A stretch of DNA of 32,000 nucleotides. Source: Candidatus Nanoclepta minutus. Lineage in GTDB: Archaea > Nanobdellota > Nanobdellia > Nanobdellales > Nanobdellaceae. The stretch is from positions 1-32,000 of the forward strand of contig MWMI01000005.1 in NCBI GenBank assembly GCA_003568775.1, in the 5' to 3' direction. The position numbers and the translations under genes were made by a program. Shown here piece after piece: positions 1-9,412 of this stretch; within the stretch, counting starts at the first letter, position 1, and each line of letters begins with the position of its first letter. The notes beneath the pieces are model-generated. The model was not told where the DNA came from. It did no database searches and was given only the letters and a program-made list of their open reading frames with translations.

Positions 1-1
1 A

Positions 2-427
2 TATAAATGTAGTTTGCTCCCTTGTTTAACAAAAAATCCTTATCCGATCTTTATGGAAGTAGACACAGAATCTGAAAAACTAAATTTTGGAATATGTCCT
101 TTAGATAAAGATAAATGCAATATAAATTCATTTAAAATAATTATAAACGACTCCTATATCGCAAATGCTTCTCTATATTTTTGCTTTGATGATCTATCAA
201 TCCTAACAGCTACATTACAATATAATTGTAATAATAATTCATCATTTAAGTTTGATTTTTCAGCAAAAATTCTAAATATTTCAATAAAAAATGATACAGT
301 TTGTATAAACAAAACATGTAATTACATTGAATGCAAAAAATTCCTAGATGATTATTATTTCGACTCTGCTAAATCTCTATATTTCTTAGAGGAGAACGGA
401 TTTTATAAAGTTATAAAAATATCATAA
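2..427 (+). CDS. hypothetical Cys/Asn-rich secreted protein, C-terminal part (5' end lies off the window)
   Basis: The frame is open from the window edge, with no stop upstream of the TTG at 14 that the ORF track uses. It ends at the stop at 425-427. The product has 8 Cys and several N-x-S/T sequons. It is on the same strand as the next surface-protein gene and 4 nt upstream of it. Confidence 0.5.
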   Translation, partial: YKCSLLPCLTKNPYPIFMEVDTESEKLNFGICPLDKDKCNINSFKIIINDSYIANASLYFCFDDLSILTATLQYNCNNNSSFKFDFSAKILNISIKNDTVCINKTCNYIECKKFLDDYYFDSAKSLYFLEENGFYKVIKIS

Positions 428-431
428 GACT

Positions 432-1883
432 ATGAAGAAGAGTCAATTATTCACTATATTAATTGCAATAATTTTTACTATTGGTTTACTATCTATTTTG
501 TTCCTATTAACCATCATAGGAAATACATCTATTGAGAAGTATTTATCACAACAACCAAAAAGGGATGTATCAGAATTCCTAAGCATACTATTGGAGACCC
601 ACCATCTAGACGATGTTAATCTAAGCTTAAAGGACGCCCTAATTTATTTAACAACAGGAGATACAAAGATTAAAGATCAGACAAAGAAATCTATAGAGGA
701 TCTTTTTAATAGTTTACTAGGAAATAATTGGAAAATTACTGTAGAAAAGGGAATTATATTAAATGCTTGGTTAATAAAGGCTAACTTTACAGTATTAGAT
801 AAAGATAAATATTGGAACTATGATTCAGCTACCTATTCAGATCTAGTAGATAGATTTAAAAGAAGATGGTATGAAGAAAATTTCGATGATTTAAACTGGG
901 TTAATGCAACACTACCCTTTTATCAGGGATTTCAAATAGAAAGGATATTGAAGATAAGTGGAGGCTATATAAAGGATTTATCGGTAGGTTATCCGGATAT
1001 TTTCAAATATAAAGGGGTATACTTTTTAAAAAGAGTTATATCACCTGCAAATTTGTATGAACAACTCGAAGCTTGTGTATACAGAGGTAGTCCACGACCC
1101 ACTATAATAGTTAGTAGTGATCCAAAGACTCTACCAAAAGATATAGACTTAGGAAAATTTGCATATTATAATATAACTCAAAAGCGATGTAAAGAGGGAG
1201 TAAACTGTAGAGAATTAGATGCTACAGTATTTAAGAAAGGAATTTTATATAATACTATAACAAATATTAGTGAAATACTAAGAAATCTAGGAATGCCTAA
1301 TGAAATAGCAGCAGTATATATGAGGGGGTACTTCAGCGTACCAGACGATTGCGAAGATGTTTACTTAGAAGCTTATTGGAACGAGGTATTTAAATTATAC
1401 TTAAATGGAAAGTTTTTATTTGCTACATGCTATAGTGGTCTGAATAAGCCCGTGTACCAATTACCTAAGGAATTCTGTGAAAAAAATTCGAATTTTCCCT
1501 GCATTAATGGTATACCAACATGGGGAATACTGAAGTTAAACATTACTAACTACGTTAAAAAGGGAGATAACGTACTAGCCCTTATGTTTGTAGTTCCACA
1601 TGACAAAGGAAAAACACCTGATTGTTTCTCAGATATAGAGAACTACATCGATATCAACCTGAATACTTTTGCTGCTGTAAGAATATTCTGTTTAAATAAA
1701 AATAGAGATATTATAGAACTTAATCAACAATCATTGATACCACTAAAAAGAGTTTTTGAACTAGGATATAGTATTCCCTCTAATAAAGATGTATATATAG
1801 CACAAAGCTTATATCAAGAAAAGTATACAGACGACCCTCAAGAAAATATAGAATATTATATAATAAAAATTTATTATTGGTAA
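432..1883 (+). CDS. hypothetical surface protein with pilin-like (class III signal-like) N-terminus and a possible galactose-binding-like jelly-roll region
   Basis: ATG start, 483 aa. The N-terminus MKKS|QLFTILIAIIFTIGLLSILFLL has basic residues, a small residue, then about 22 hydrophobic residues. There are many N-x-S/T sequons. The segment YMRGYFSVP..VYLEAYWNEVFKLYLNGKF..LNITNYVKKGDNVLALMF resembles GH2/rhamnosidase-type sugar-binding domains by pattern only. Confidence 0.55.
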   Translation: MKKSQLFTILIAIIFTIGLLSILFLLTIIGNTSIEKYLSQQPKRDVSEFLSILLETHHLDDVNLSLKDALIYLTTGDTKIKDQTKKSIEDLFNSLLGNNWKITVEKGIILNAWLIKANFTVLDKDKYWNYDSATYSDLVDRFKRRWYEENFDDLNWVNATLPFYQGFQIERILKISGGYIKDLSVGYPDIFKYKGVYFLKRVISPANLYEQLEACVYRGSPRPTIIVSSDPKTLPKDIDLGKFAYYNITQKRCKEGVNCRELDATVFKKGILYNTITNISEILRNLGMPNEIAAVYMRGYFSVPDDCEDVYLEAYWNEVFKLYLNGKFLFATCYSGLNKPVYQLPKEFCEKNSNFPCINGIPTWGILKLNITNYVKKGDNVLALMFVVPHDKGKTPDCFSDIENYIDINLNTFAAVRIFCLNKNRDIIELNQQSLIPLKRVFELGYSIPSNKDVYIAQSLYQEKYTDDPQENIEYYIIKIYYW

Positions 1884-1902
1884 TAATATTATAAAAATAA
1901 TA

Positions 1903-3552
1903 ATGAAGAATCAGACTACTTCCTTGATTATAATTCTTGTTGTAATTAGTTTGATAGTATTTTCAATAGCAATATTAGGAAAAACTAAAGTGCTAGATAT
2001 TAGCAAAAACATTGAAAACCTAAATACGATAAAATTCTTTGATCAATTTTCTGAAGCATTATTGAAAAGTATAACATACAAAATAGTTGAAAAATCTGCT
2101 TTTGAAGTTTCAGAAGAAGGGCTGGACAAATATTTATGGTACAACTATCCAGATTGTGGTTATAGACCACCCAAACTTGATGAAGTAAACAATTACTTAC
2201 AAGATAGAATAAAATCAAAATTGGTTCAAACTGAGGAATTTGTAAAACTAGCAAATATGTTAAAATTATTTTATCCATTGGAGATACATTATCAATTTGA
2301 TAATATAATAATAGAATTTCCATTTGATGAAAATGATTTAAACAATGGAGTTCTTGATGAAGGTTTTCCAATAATAATTAAAAACATATCTATATATATA
2401 AAAACTCCATTCGGAGAAGCCAAAAAAATATACGATTTCTCTATGTATATAAAGAGAATAAGGTTTTATTATCTTTACAGAAAAATAAGGAATTGGTTAA
2501 ATAAGGATGAGTATATAAAGCTAATAAAAAGTGTTGAAAGAGAAAAGGGTTATATATATAATTGTAATTATGGTTACATTGTTTTTATTACACCAAATTA
2601 CTTATGTTCTGCTAAAGAAAAAATAATATGCAATGGAGAGAAAGTTAAGGTAATAATAAAAGAAATCATTAATAAGAATGAAGCTTGCGTAGATCAATCT
2701 CTAGTTGAGGAGATAAATAAAAAAAATCAACAAATAGAACAGACTTGTAATCATGAATATGAAGAAGAAATATGTGAACCTGATAAAAGCACATGTAGAA
2801 TAACATATGCTACTTCAGCTATATCGAAAGATAATAGAATAAGTTTATCTACCTATAGATTTGCCGTAGGAGGTAGTGGTGGGAGTAGTAGCGGTGGAGG
2901 GGGAGGCGGAGGAGGCACATCTCCAGGATCACCATGCATAGATGTTGCAGTATTATCATGTGTAAACATAACAAGAGAGGTTCAACGTATGGGTGAACAA
3001 TGTATTGCAGAATATCCAGCTGGTCCAGGACTATCTGGACCACCATGTCCAGACGGCATAAAATGCTCGTCAGAAGAACAAGTTAAAAATATACTTACAT
3101 ATATAGCATATGAATTGAAAAAAGAACTTAATAATTTATTTGATAATTATGTAGAGTGTGATGTAAATTTGCGTATAGATGACATAGAATGCTATCAGAC
3201 TACAACTAACAAAAATATGGGAGTATGTTCATGTGGAATAGCTGGAAAAGCCGATATGAGAATAATAGCAACATATTTTATTAAATGCACAGACTATAAA
3301 TACTATAGCTTTATAAAAGATAGTTTAAAGAATTTAGAATTAGATTTTCAATTGGGAGTAAAAGGTATAACAAATTGTCAATCGGGAGATCTTCCATCGT
3401 TATCAAACATAGAATGCTGTGATGTTTATAACACCAGTAATGGATTAGAGTGCTGTAGTGGCATTGATGGGAATGGTAATTGTATAGAGTGTAAGGGAAG
3501 TGAGACTATAGAAAATATAAATAACAATATATCTGTTATTTGTCTATCTTAA
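1903..3552 (+). CDS. hypothetical large Cys-rich surface protein with Gly-rich linker
   Basis: ATG start, 549 aa. The N-terminal hydrophobic anchor is MKNQTTSLIIILVVISLIVFSIAILG. A GGSGGSSSGGGGGGGGTSPGSP linker is encoded at 2869-2934. The C-terminal third is rich in Cys, including CC pairs (IECCDVYNTSNGLECCSGIDGNGNCIECKG). No family was recognised. Confidence 0.55.
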   Translation: MKNQTTSLIIILVVISLIVFSIAILGKTKVLDISKNIENLNTIKFFDQFSEALLKSITYKIVEKSAFEVSEEGLDKYLWYNYPDCGYRPPKLDEVNNYLQDRIKSKLVQTEEFVKLANMLKLFYPLEIHYQFDNIIIEFPFDENDLNNGVLDEGFPIIIKNISIYIKTPFGEAKKIYDFSMYIKRIRFYYLYRKIRNWLNKDEYIKLIKSVEREKGYIYNCNYGYIVFITPNYLCSAKEKIICNGEKVKVIIKEIINKNEACVDQSLVEEINKKNQQIEQTCNHEYEEEICEPDKSTCRITYATSAISKDNRISLSTYRFAVGGSGGSSSGGGGGGGGTSPGSPCIDVAVLSCVNITREVQRMGEQCIAEYPAGPGLSGPPCPDGIKCSSEEQVKNILTYIAYELKKELNNLFDNYVECDVNLRIDDIECYQTTTNKNMGVCSCGIAGKADMRIIATYFIKCTDYKYYSFIKDSLKNLELDFQLGVKGITNCQSGDLPSLSNIECCDVYNTSNGLECCSGIDGNGNCIECKGSETIENINNNISVICLS

Positions 3553-3578
3553 ATTTTTTATTGATAAATAAGATAAAG

Positions 3579-4856
3579 ATGAGAGACATAGCAAAGGCCA
3601 TAATAATATTAATACTTGCTCTGTTCGGAATATATTTTCTAGAATCTTTACAAAAGGAAATAACTACAAATAGATGTATAAATATCCCTGCGATATCAGA
3701 AAATCGAGGAGTTTTAACAAAGTTTTGCATAAAAGCTATAGATGGTTCCGGAAGAGTTTTTGTAGAAATACCTAGTAACTTTCAAGATAAATACTTGTTA
3801 TCTTTTTTATTTGCAAGAAATGCTGTATGTAAGATCTATGAGAAATGTAATGAATACGACTATCTCTTTTATCCAGAAAAATACTTTATAGCAGAAGGTT
3901 TTTCTGGTACGGCAGGTTTCGGGGTCTTGATAATGAGTGTATTTAATAGCCTTATGAACAACTATGCAACCACGGGATTTTTATTGCCTAATGGAATAAT
4001 ATTTCCAGTTAGCGGAATACTTGAAAAATTAAATGCATCTACTTTAAATGGAGAAAAACTAGTTGCCCCTTCTAACCTATCCGATAAGATCGTTCAAGCA
4101 TATACTATATTAGATTTAGAAGAAATCTTCTTTAACAAAGAATATAACCTCTCTTATGAGATTCCAAAAGCTTATTTTGAGGTAATGAAAGAAGTTTCTG
4201 AAGATATATGCAAGGATATAGAAAATTCAACTATTAAGGAATTAATAGAAAACAGAAGGTTTTATTCTGCAGCTAGTTTGTGTTATGTCGAAAAGAGTAA
4301 CAATAATAAGTATTTACCAAATATAACTGAAGAAGAACTAGATGAACAGATAGCTGATTTGGAAAAAAACCTTTCCTCAATTAAATGTGATACCTATGTA
4401 TGTGAAGAGCTAAAATATCAGGTTTCATCGAGGATAAACTTAAGCAAGGATATGGAAGATCTAAATAAGAAGTATTGGAGGTTTTATACAGCTGAAGGAT
4501 GGTATAGAATATTAATTTCTTTAAAAGATTTGAATAGGTTTAATACATGCAAAAAGATAGATGAAGATTTAAACCTAATTTTATATTTATCTGAAAGTAA
4601 TATTAATTTAACAGAAAACTGCTTTGAAAGAAGAGAAATACTAGCAAACTTTTATATAAACTTGTTAGCAAACTTAGATTTTGATTTAGATAAGTTTTTA
4701 GAAAGTTCAAGAAAATATTTGCTATTCTTATACAGAAACAATGGTTTTTCTCCTACTTCATACAGCTACTTTACATACGGAGAGGATCTAATAAGGATGG
4801 GAAAGGTGACTGATGGCATTTTATATATCCTTTATGGAATAAACTATGCAGTATAA
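3579..4856 (+). CDS. membrane-anchored Lon_C (S16)-like serine protease domain protein
   Basis: The ATG at 3579 is preferred over the TTG at 3540, which overlaps the upstream gene. The N-terminal TM segment is MRDIAKAIIILILALFGIYFL. The segment EGFSGTAGFGVLIMSVFNSL..ATTGFLLPNGIIFPVSGILEKLNAS aligns by eye with the Lon proteolytic-domain consensus (G-P-S-A-G ... A-M-T-G-E-I-x-L-x-G-x-V-x-P-I-G-G-x-x-E-K-x-x-A-A). The Ser and Lys dyad positions are retained. Confidence 0.5.
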   Translation: MRDIAKAIIILILALFGIYFLESLQKEITTNRCINIPAISENRGVLTKFCIKAIDGSGRVFVEIPSNFQDKYLLSFLFARNAVCKIYEKCNEYDYLFYPEKYFIAEGFSGTAGFGVLIMSVFNSLMNNYATTGFLLPNGIIFPVSGILEKLNASTLNGEKLVAPSNLSDKIVQAYTILDLEEIFFNKEYNLSYEIPKAYFEVMKEVSEDICKDIENSTIKELIENRRFYSAASLCYVEKSNNNKYLPNITEEELDEQIADLEKNLSSIKCDTYVCEELKYQVSSRINLSKDMEDLNKKYWRFYTAEGWYRILISLKDLNRFNTCKKIDEDLNLILYLSESNINLTENCFERREILANFYINLLANLDFDLDKFLESSRKYLLFLYRNNGFSPTSYSYFTYGEDLIRMGKVTDGILYILYGINYAV

Positions 4857-5988
4857 GGAAATTAGGGTAGGAGAAAAGGTAAAGAGGGCAATTAATGCTG
4901 GAAGACAGGTTTTTTCTGTAAACTGGATAAAGAGAGTTGAATCAAATGTAGGAGACCTTGCAATGTTAAAATATGGAGATTCTTTCCTCGCTTGGGCTAC
5001 CTTAAATCCTTTAGATCCCTACCATTATGTGAGGTTATTATCTACAGATGAGAAATACGAACCTCTGGAAGATTTAAAGGATAAGATAAGGAGGGCTAAA
5101 GATTATAGGAGTAAAATAGGATATAAAAATCATTATAGATTAGTTTATTCAGAATCGGATTTCCTTTCTGGTTTAATAATAGACAAGTATAACGATATAT
5201 ATGTTATTCAGAATGCAAACCCATTTTTCGATAAGAACATTGAAATCTTAAGGGATGCCTTAATAGAACTAGAGGGGAAGAATATATCCATAATAGAGAA
5301 GAGCGTTGGGAAGTCTAGGGAAACATCTAGGCTAGAGCCAAGAGAGAGGATTTTATATGGTGAACTTTATGAGACCACAATTAAAGAATGTAATAAAAAG
5401 TTCGTTGTTAATGTATTATTGGGACAAAAAACTGGATGGTTTTTAGATCAGAGAGAAAATAGGAAGATTATCTCTAAGATAAGATCAGAAAAAGCTATAG
5501 ACGTTTTTTGTTATACGGGATCCTTTGGGATCTGCTCTAATTCTGATCAGATATTCTTTGTAGAAAAGAATAAGTATGCAGTTAATATCTTAAAGAAGAA
5601 TATATCTATCAACAGAATAAATAACTACAAAATATTTAATGATAATGCATTTAAGATCCTTAAGATGCTAGCTAACAGAAAAGAGAAGTTTGATTTAGTT
5701 ATACTAGATCCACCGGATCTATTAAGTGAAAAAAATGGGTTAAAGAACATCATTTTAATAAATTCAATGGCTATAGATTTAATAGATGAAGGCTTTTTGG
5801 CTACTTTTTCCTGTTCCCAGGATCTAAAGGAAGAAAGGTTTCTTTCTATACTAAGGACAATTATTAGAAGAAAGAGAAAGAAGTTCTCTATAATAGGTAA
5901 ATTTCAGCAGGCATTTGATCATAAGGTAATACATCCGCATAGAGAGCTAAACTACCTGAAAGGTTTTCTATTAGAGATACATAATTAG
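4846..5988 (+). CDS. PUA-domain class I SAM-dependent RNA methyltransferase (RlmI/PH1915-like)
   Basis: 380 aa. The N-terminal region is PUA-like. Motif I-like CYTGSFG and the post-motif DLVILDPPDL are present, and the overall layout is typical of COG1092 methyltransferases. The gene overlaps the upstream gene by 11 nt. Confidence 0.7.
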   Translation: MQYKEIRVGEKVKRAINAGRQVFSVNWIKRVESNVGDLAMLKYGDSFLAWATLNPLDPYHYVRLLSTDEKYEPLEDLKDKIRRAKDYRSKIGYKNHYRLVYSESDFLSGLIIDKYNDIYVIQNANPFFDKNIEILRDALIELEGKNISIIEKSVGKSRETSRLEPRERILYGELYETTIKECNKKFVVNVLLGQKTGWFLDQRENRKIISKIRSEKAIDVFCYTGSFGICSNSDQIFFVEKNKYAVNILKKNISINRINNYKIFNDNAFKILKMLANRKEKFDLVILDPPDLLSEKNGLKNIILINSMAIDLIDEGFLATFSCSQDLKEERFLSILRTIIRRKRKKFSIIGKFQQAFDHKVIHPHRELNYLKGFLLEIHN

Positions 5989-6587
5989 GATGGAACCTCC
6001 ATTTTTATTGGGGACAACCTAACGATTTTCCTAATCTCTATCCTATCTATAGGGAATATCTTGTTTAATATAGGTCTAACTTCTTCCTGTATTTCATAGT
6101 TCATGGCCTTTTCTATTACCTCATAGAAATCTAAGGTAGATACCTTGCTTTCTAAGAATTCCCTATAGGCCTTTCTAATTGCTGTCTTCTGTTCCCTATT
6201 TGCCTTAAACCTTGTAATGACTAAGGGTTTTATTCTAATTTCAACATCATCCTTTGTCTTTAAAATAAAGGAATCATCTATCTTAGAGGTCTCTTTCCTG
6301 CTTATTCTCCTTATGTAAGAATCATAAAGTGATAGTTCAACTAGTTCTGAATATAGCTTACCCCCAGATAGTCTGTTAATCTTAAATTTGGCTTTATAGT
6401 TCTGATACTTAAAGTTTCCAGTTATGAATGCTAAGTTTAATTCTATTTTTCTTCCAAATACTTTTTCCTCCTCATCTCTATTTACAATTGTTTCCCCAAG
6501 AAGAATACTATTGAATATTTTGTCTGGTGCATATACCTCTATCCATACCTTTCTCGACCAATCAGCATACCTTTTATTATACGCCAT
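5985..6587 (-). CDS. rps3ae: 30S ribosomal protein S3Ae (eS1)
   Basis: 200 aa. The N-terminus (..WSRKVWIEVYAPDKIF..LGETIV) and the length match the S3Ae/eS1 family pattern. Confidence 0.85.
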   Translation of the reverse strand: MAYNKRYADWSRKVWIEVYAPDKIFNSILLGETIVNRDEEEKVFGRKIELNLAFITGNFKYQNYKAKFKINRLSGGKLYSELVELSLYDSYIRRISRKETSKIDDSFILKTKDDVEIRIKPLVITRFKANREQKTAIRKAYREFLESKVSTLDFYEVIEKAMNYEIQEEVRPILNKIFPIDRIEIRKIVRLSPIKMEVPS

Positions 6588-6642
6588 TTATACCAATTTT
6601 GTGAAATAATTTTTAAAACATACTTTTACCTACTTATAATTT
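6588..6642. promoter_or_regulatory. 55-bp divergent intergenic region with one central palindromic TATA-like element
   Basis: TTTTTAAAA at 6610-6618 lies about 27 nt from the rps3ae ATG (6587, minus strand) and about 29 nt from the leuS ATG (6643, plus strand). Confidence 0.35.
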
Positions 6643-9366
6643 ATGGAAAATTTTACAGATTTTTTTAAGAAGGTTGAAGAAAAATGGCAGAGGATATGGG
6701 AAGAGAAAGGGGTATATCAACCTGAGGTTGATGAAAGTAAGCCTAAGTTTTTTATGACGGTTCCATATCCCTATGTATCTGGATTGCTTCATTTAGGTAG
6801 TGCTTATACCTATACAAGGGGAGATTTCATTGCTAGATATAAAAGATTAAGAGGTTACAACGTTTTATGGCCACAGGGATGGCATTTAACAGGATCGCCT
6901 ATAGTATCTAGGTCTTATAGATTGAAGATGGGAGATAAAAAGATTATAGAAGATTTAATATCTGATGGAATCCCAGAATCAGATTTTAAAAAATTAGAGA
7001 ATCCTGAAGGTTGGGCAATTTACTTTATGAACCTTAATAGAGAAGCTTTTAAGAAGTTTGGATACTCAATTGATTGGAGAAGAGAGCTATATACAACCTA
7101 TTTAAATCCTTGGTATGATAAATTTGTAAAATGGCAATATAGAAAGCTAAAGGAAAAGAATCTAATCACTAAGGGTTCTCATCCAGTTATATTAGACTCT
7201 AAATTGAAGATAGTAATAGGTGATCATGATAGACCAGACGAATATGCTGGTATTTCATATCAGGAAGGTATAATTATTAAGTTTCCCTTAGAGAATAAGT
7301 TGGGAGACATAGAGGGAATATTCCTACCTTGTTTTACACTTAGGTCAGAGACTATCTATGGAGTTACGAATATATGGATAAACCCATCGGGTAAGTATGT
7401 TTTAGCAAAGGTTAACTCAGAATACTGGATATTGCCAAATACAATTATATTGGAGGAATTAAGGGCACAGAAGTTTAACGTTGAGATAATAAGGGAAGTT
7501 TCTGCAGAAGAACTAATAGGTAAAAATGCCATTAACCCTATAACAAAAGATAAGATACCTATATTACCTGCAAAGTTCGTCGATATAGAGATTGGTACGG
7601 GAATCGTGATGTCCGTACCTTCAGATGCGCCTTACGATTATATTGCGCTTCTAGATCTTACGAAGGATCAGGAATATTCTAAGATTGCCGAAGATTGCTT
7701 AAGAAAGATGAAACCTTTGTTTAGGTTAGAAGGATATTCGGAATTTCCCGCAAGAGATATTGTAGAAAAATTAGAAATTAAGTCACAGGAAGATAGAGAT
7801 AAATTAGAGAAAGCTACAAAGGAAATATATAATAAAGAGTTTTATAATGGCATTGCTAGAGAAATTTATGGAAAATATGCTGGTAAAAAAGTATTTGAGT
7901 TCAAGGAAGAATTTGAAAAGGAAATAATAGAGGAGAAAATTGCTGTTAGATATTATACTCTCCCAATAAGGTTTGTATCCAGATACAATAACAAGGTTAT
8001 AGTAGGAATCGTTGAAGATCAATGGTTCCTGAAGTATTCAGATATAGAATGGAAGAAGCTAGCACATGAGTGTGTAGATGGAATGTTTATATATCCAGAA
8101 AACCTGAAGAAAGTTTTCCATGAATACATAGAGTGGTATAAAGATTGGGCATGTACGCATCAGAAAGAGCTGGGATCTACATTACCGTGGGATGAAAAAT
8201 GGACTTTAGAATCTCTTTCCGATTCTACATTGTATACGGCTTTCTATACTATTTATAATTTAATTAAGAAGATAGATCCAGAAAAAATAGGGGATGATTT
8301 ATTCGATTATGTATTTTTAGGAAAAGGAAATAAAGAAGAACTGATAAGAAAATATGGAGAAATTATAGAGGAAATGAGGAGAGAGTTCTTATATTGGTAT
8401 CCAGTTGATATAAGGACTTCTGGAAAAGATCTAATTGGAAATCACTTTATATTCTATATATTCCATCATACAGCAATATTTCCAAAGGAGCTATGGCCTA
8501 AGGGGATAATAATCAATGGATGGGTATTAACTGATGGAAAAAAGATGAGTAAATCTCTCGGAAACTATGTATCTATGAAGGATGCTTATGAGAAGTATAG
8601 TGTAGATGCCTTAAGGTTCTTAATAGCATATTCTGGAAATTCTGGTTTAGATGATGCGAATTTAGAGCTATCGAAGGTAGAGAACGCAGAGAGATACCTT
8701 ATGGAATGGTACAGTTTTTGTATTAATAATTATAATAAGGGAAGGGTATCAGAGAAGCTACCAGTGGATCTATGGTTCGAGAGAGTTTTATATGAGAAGA
8801 TAAAGGTAATTGAGATGGAATATGAGAGATTGAATATGAGGAATGTGATAAACTCAATATATGATATTGATAATTCCTATAAATGGTATATAAAGAGGTG
8901 TGGGGAACCTCATAGAGATGTTATAAATAAATACATAATTGTAAAGTCAATAGTCCTATACCCTATAGTCCCTCATATTGTATCTGAGATACTCGAAAGG
9001 ATAGGATTAGATCCATTGAATCCATCCTGGCCATACGTTGAAGAAGTTAAAGATTTCGAGAACTTAGATAAAAGGGAAGAATATATAAGGAAAATCAGGG
9101 ATGATATATCAAAGATATTAGAGATAATAAGAATAGAAAAACCAAAGAAGATAAAAATAATAGTAGCCAGAAAAGAAAAATATAGAAATTTAAAAGAAAA
9201 TTACTTCATTAGGAATCAGGAGGAAGAGTTAAATATACTGAAGGATGCTGCTACTACAATATCTAAAGAGTTTTACTGTGATGTGGATATAGATATAGAA
9301 GAAAAATCTTCTGAGGAGAAATCAAAGAAAGCTTTACCTGGGAAGCCAGCTATAATTGTAATATAA
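6643..9366 (+). CDS. leuS: leucyl-tRNA synthetase (archaeal type)
   Basis: 907 aa. The class I signature region is VPYPYVSGLLHLGSAYTYTRGDFIARYKRLRGYNVLWPQGWHLTGSPI; WH(I/L)TGSPI is typical of archaeal LeuRS. The KMSKS loop is KKMSKSLGN. Confidence 0.85.
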   Translation: MENFTDFFKKVEEKWQRIWEEKGVYQPEVDESKPKFFMTVPYPYVSGLLHLGSAYTYTRGDFIARYKRLRGYNVLWPQGWHLTGSPIVSRSYRLKMGDKKIIEDLISDGIPESDFKKLENPEGWAIYFMNLNREAFKKFGYSIDWRRELYTTYLNPWYDKFVKWQYRKLKEKNLITKGSHPVILDSKLKIVIGDHDRPDEYAGISYQEGIIIKFPLENKLGDIEGIFLPCFTLRSETIYGVTNIWINPSGKYVLAKVNSEYWILPNTIILEELRAQKFNVEIIREVSAEELIGKNAINPITKDKIPILPAKFVDIEIGTGIVMSVPSDAPYDYIALLDLTKDQEYSKIAEDCLRKMKPLFRLEGYSEFPARDIVEKLEIKSQEDRDKLEKATKEIYNKEFYNGIAREIYGKYAGKKVFEFKEEFEKEIIEEKIAVRYYTLPIRFVSRYNNKVIVGIVEDQWFLKYSDIEWKKLAHECVDGMFIYPENLKKVFHEYIEWYKDWACTHQKELGSTLPWDEKWTLESLSDSTLYTAFYTIYNLIKKIDPEKIGDDLFDYVFLGKGNKEELIRKYGEIIEEMRREFLYWYPVDIRTSGKDLIGNHFIFYIFHHTAIFPKELWPKGIIINGWVLTDGKKMSKSLGNYVSMKDAYEKYSVDALRFLIAYSGNSGLDDANLELSKVENAERYLMEWYSFCINNYNKGRVSEKLPVDLWFERVLYEKIKVIEMEYERLNMRNVINSIYDIDNSYKWYIKRCGEPHRDVINKYIIVKSIVLYPIVPHIVSEILERIGLDPLNPSWPYVEEVKDFENLDKREEYIRKIRDDISKILEIIRIEKPKKIKIIVARKEKYRNLKENYFIRNQEEELNILKDAATTISKEFYCDVDIDIEEKSSEEKSKKALPGKPAIIVI

Positions 9367-9412
9367 TAGCCTTACATTAAGTTTATATATGTCAAAGGAT
9401 ATGTAATTTATT

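Noticed and set aside
2869-2934. A G-rich purine tract as a possible G-quadruplex or regulatory element
   Set aside because: It is in frame within a long CDS and translates to a Gly/Ser/Pro linker. Coding low complexity is the simpler explanation.
3540-3578. The TTG start at 3540 given by the ORF track for the Lon_C-like protein
   Set aside because: It overlaps the upstream gene and adds 13 residues before a typical M-R-D + hydrophobic N-terminus. The ATG at 3579 is the more plausible start.
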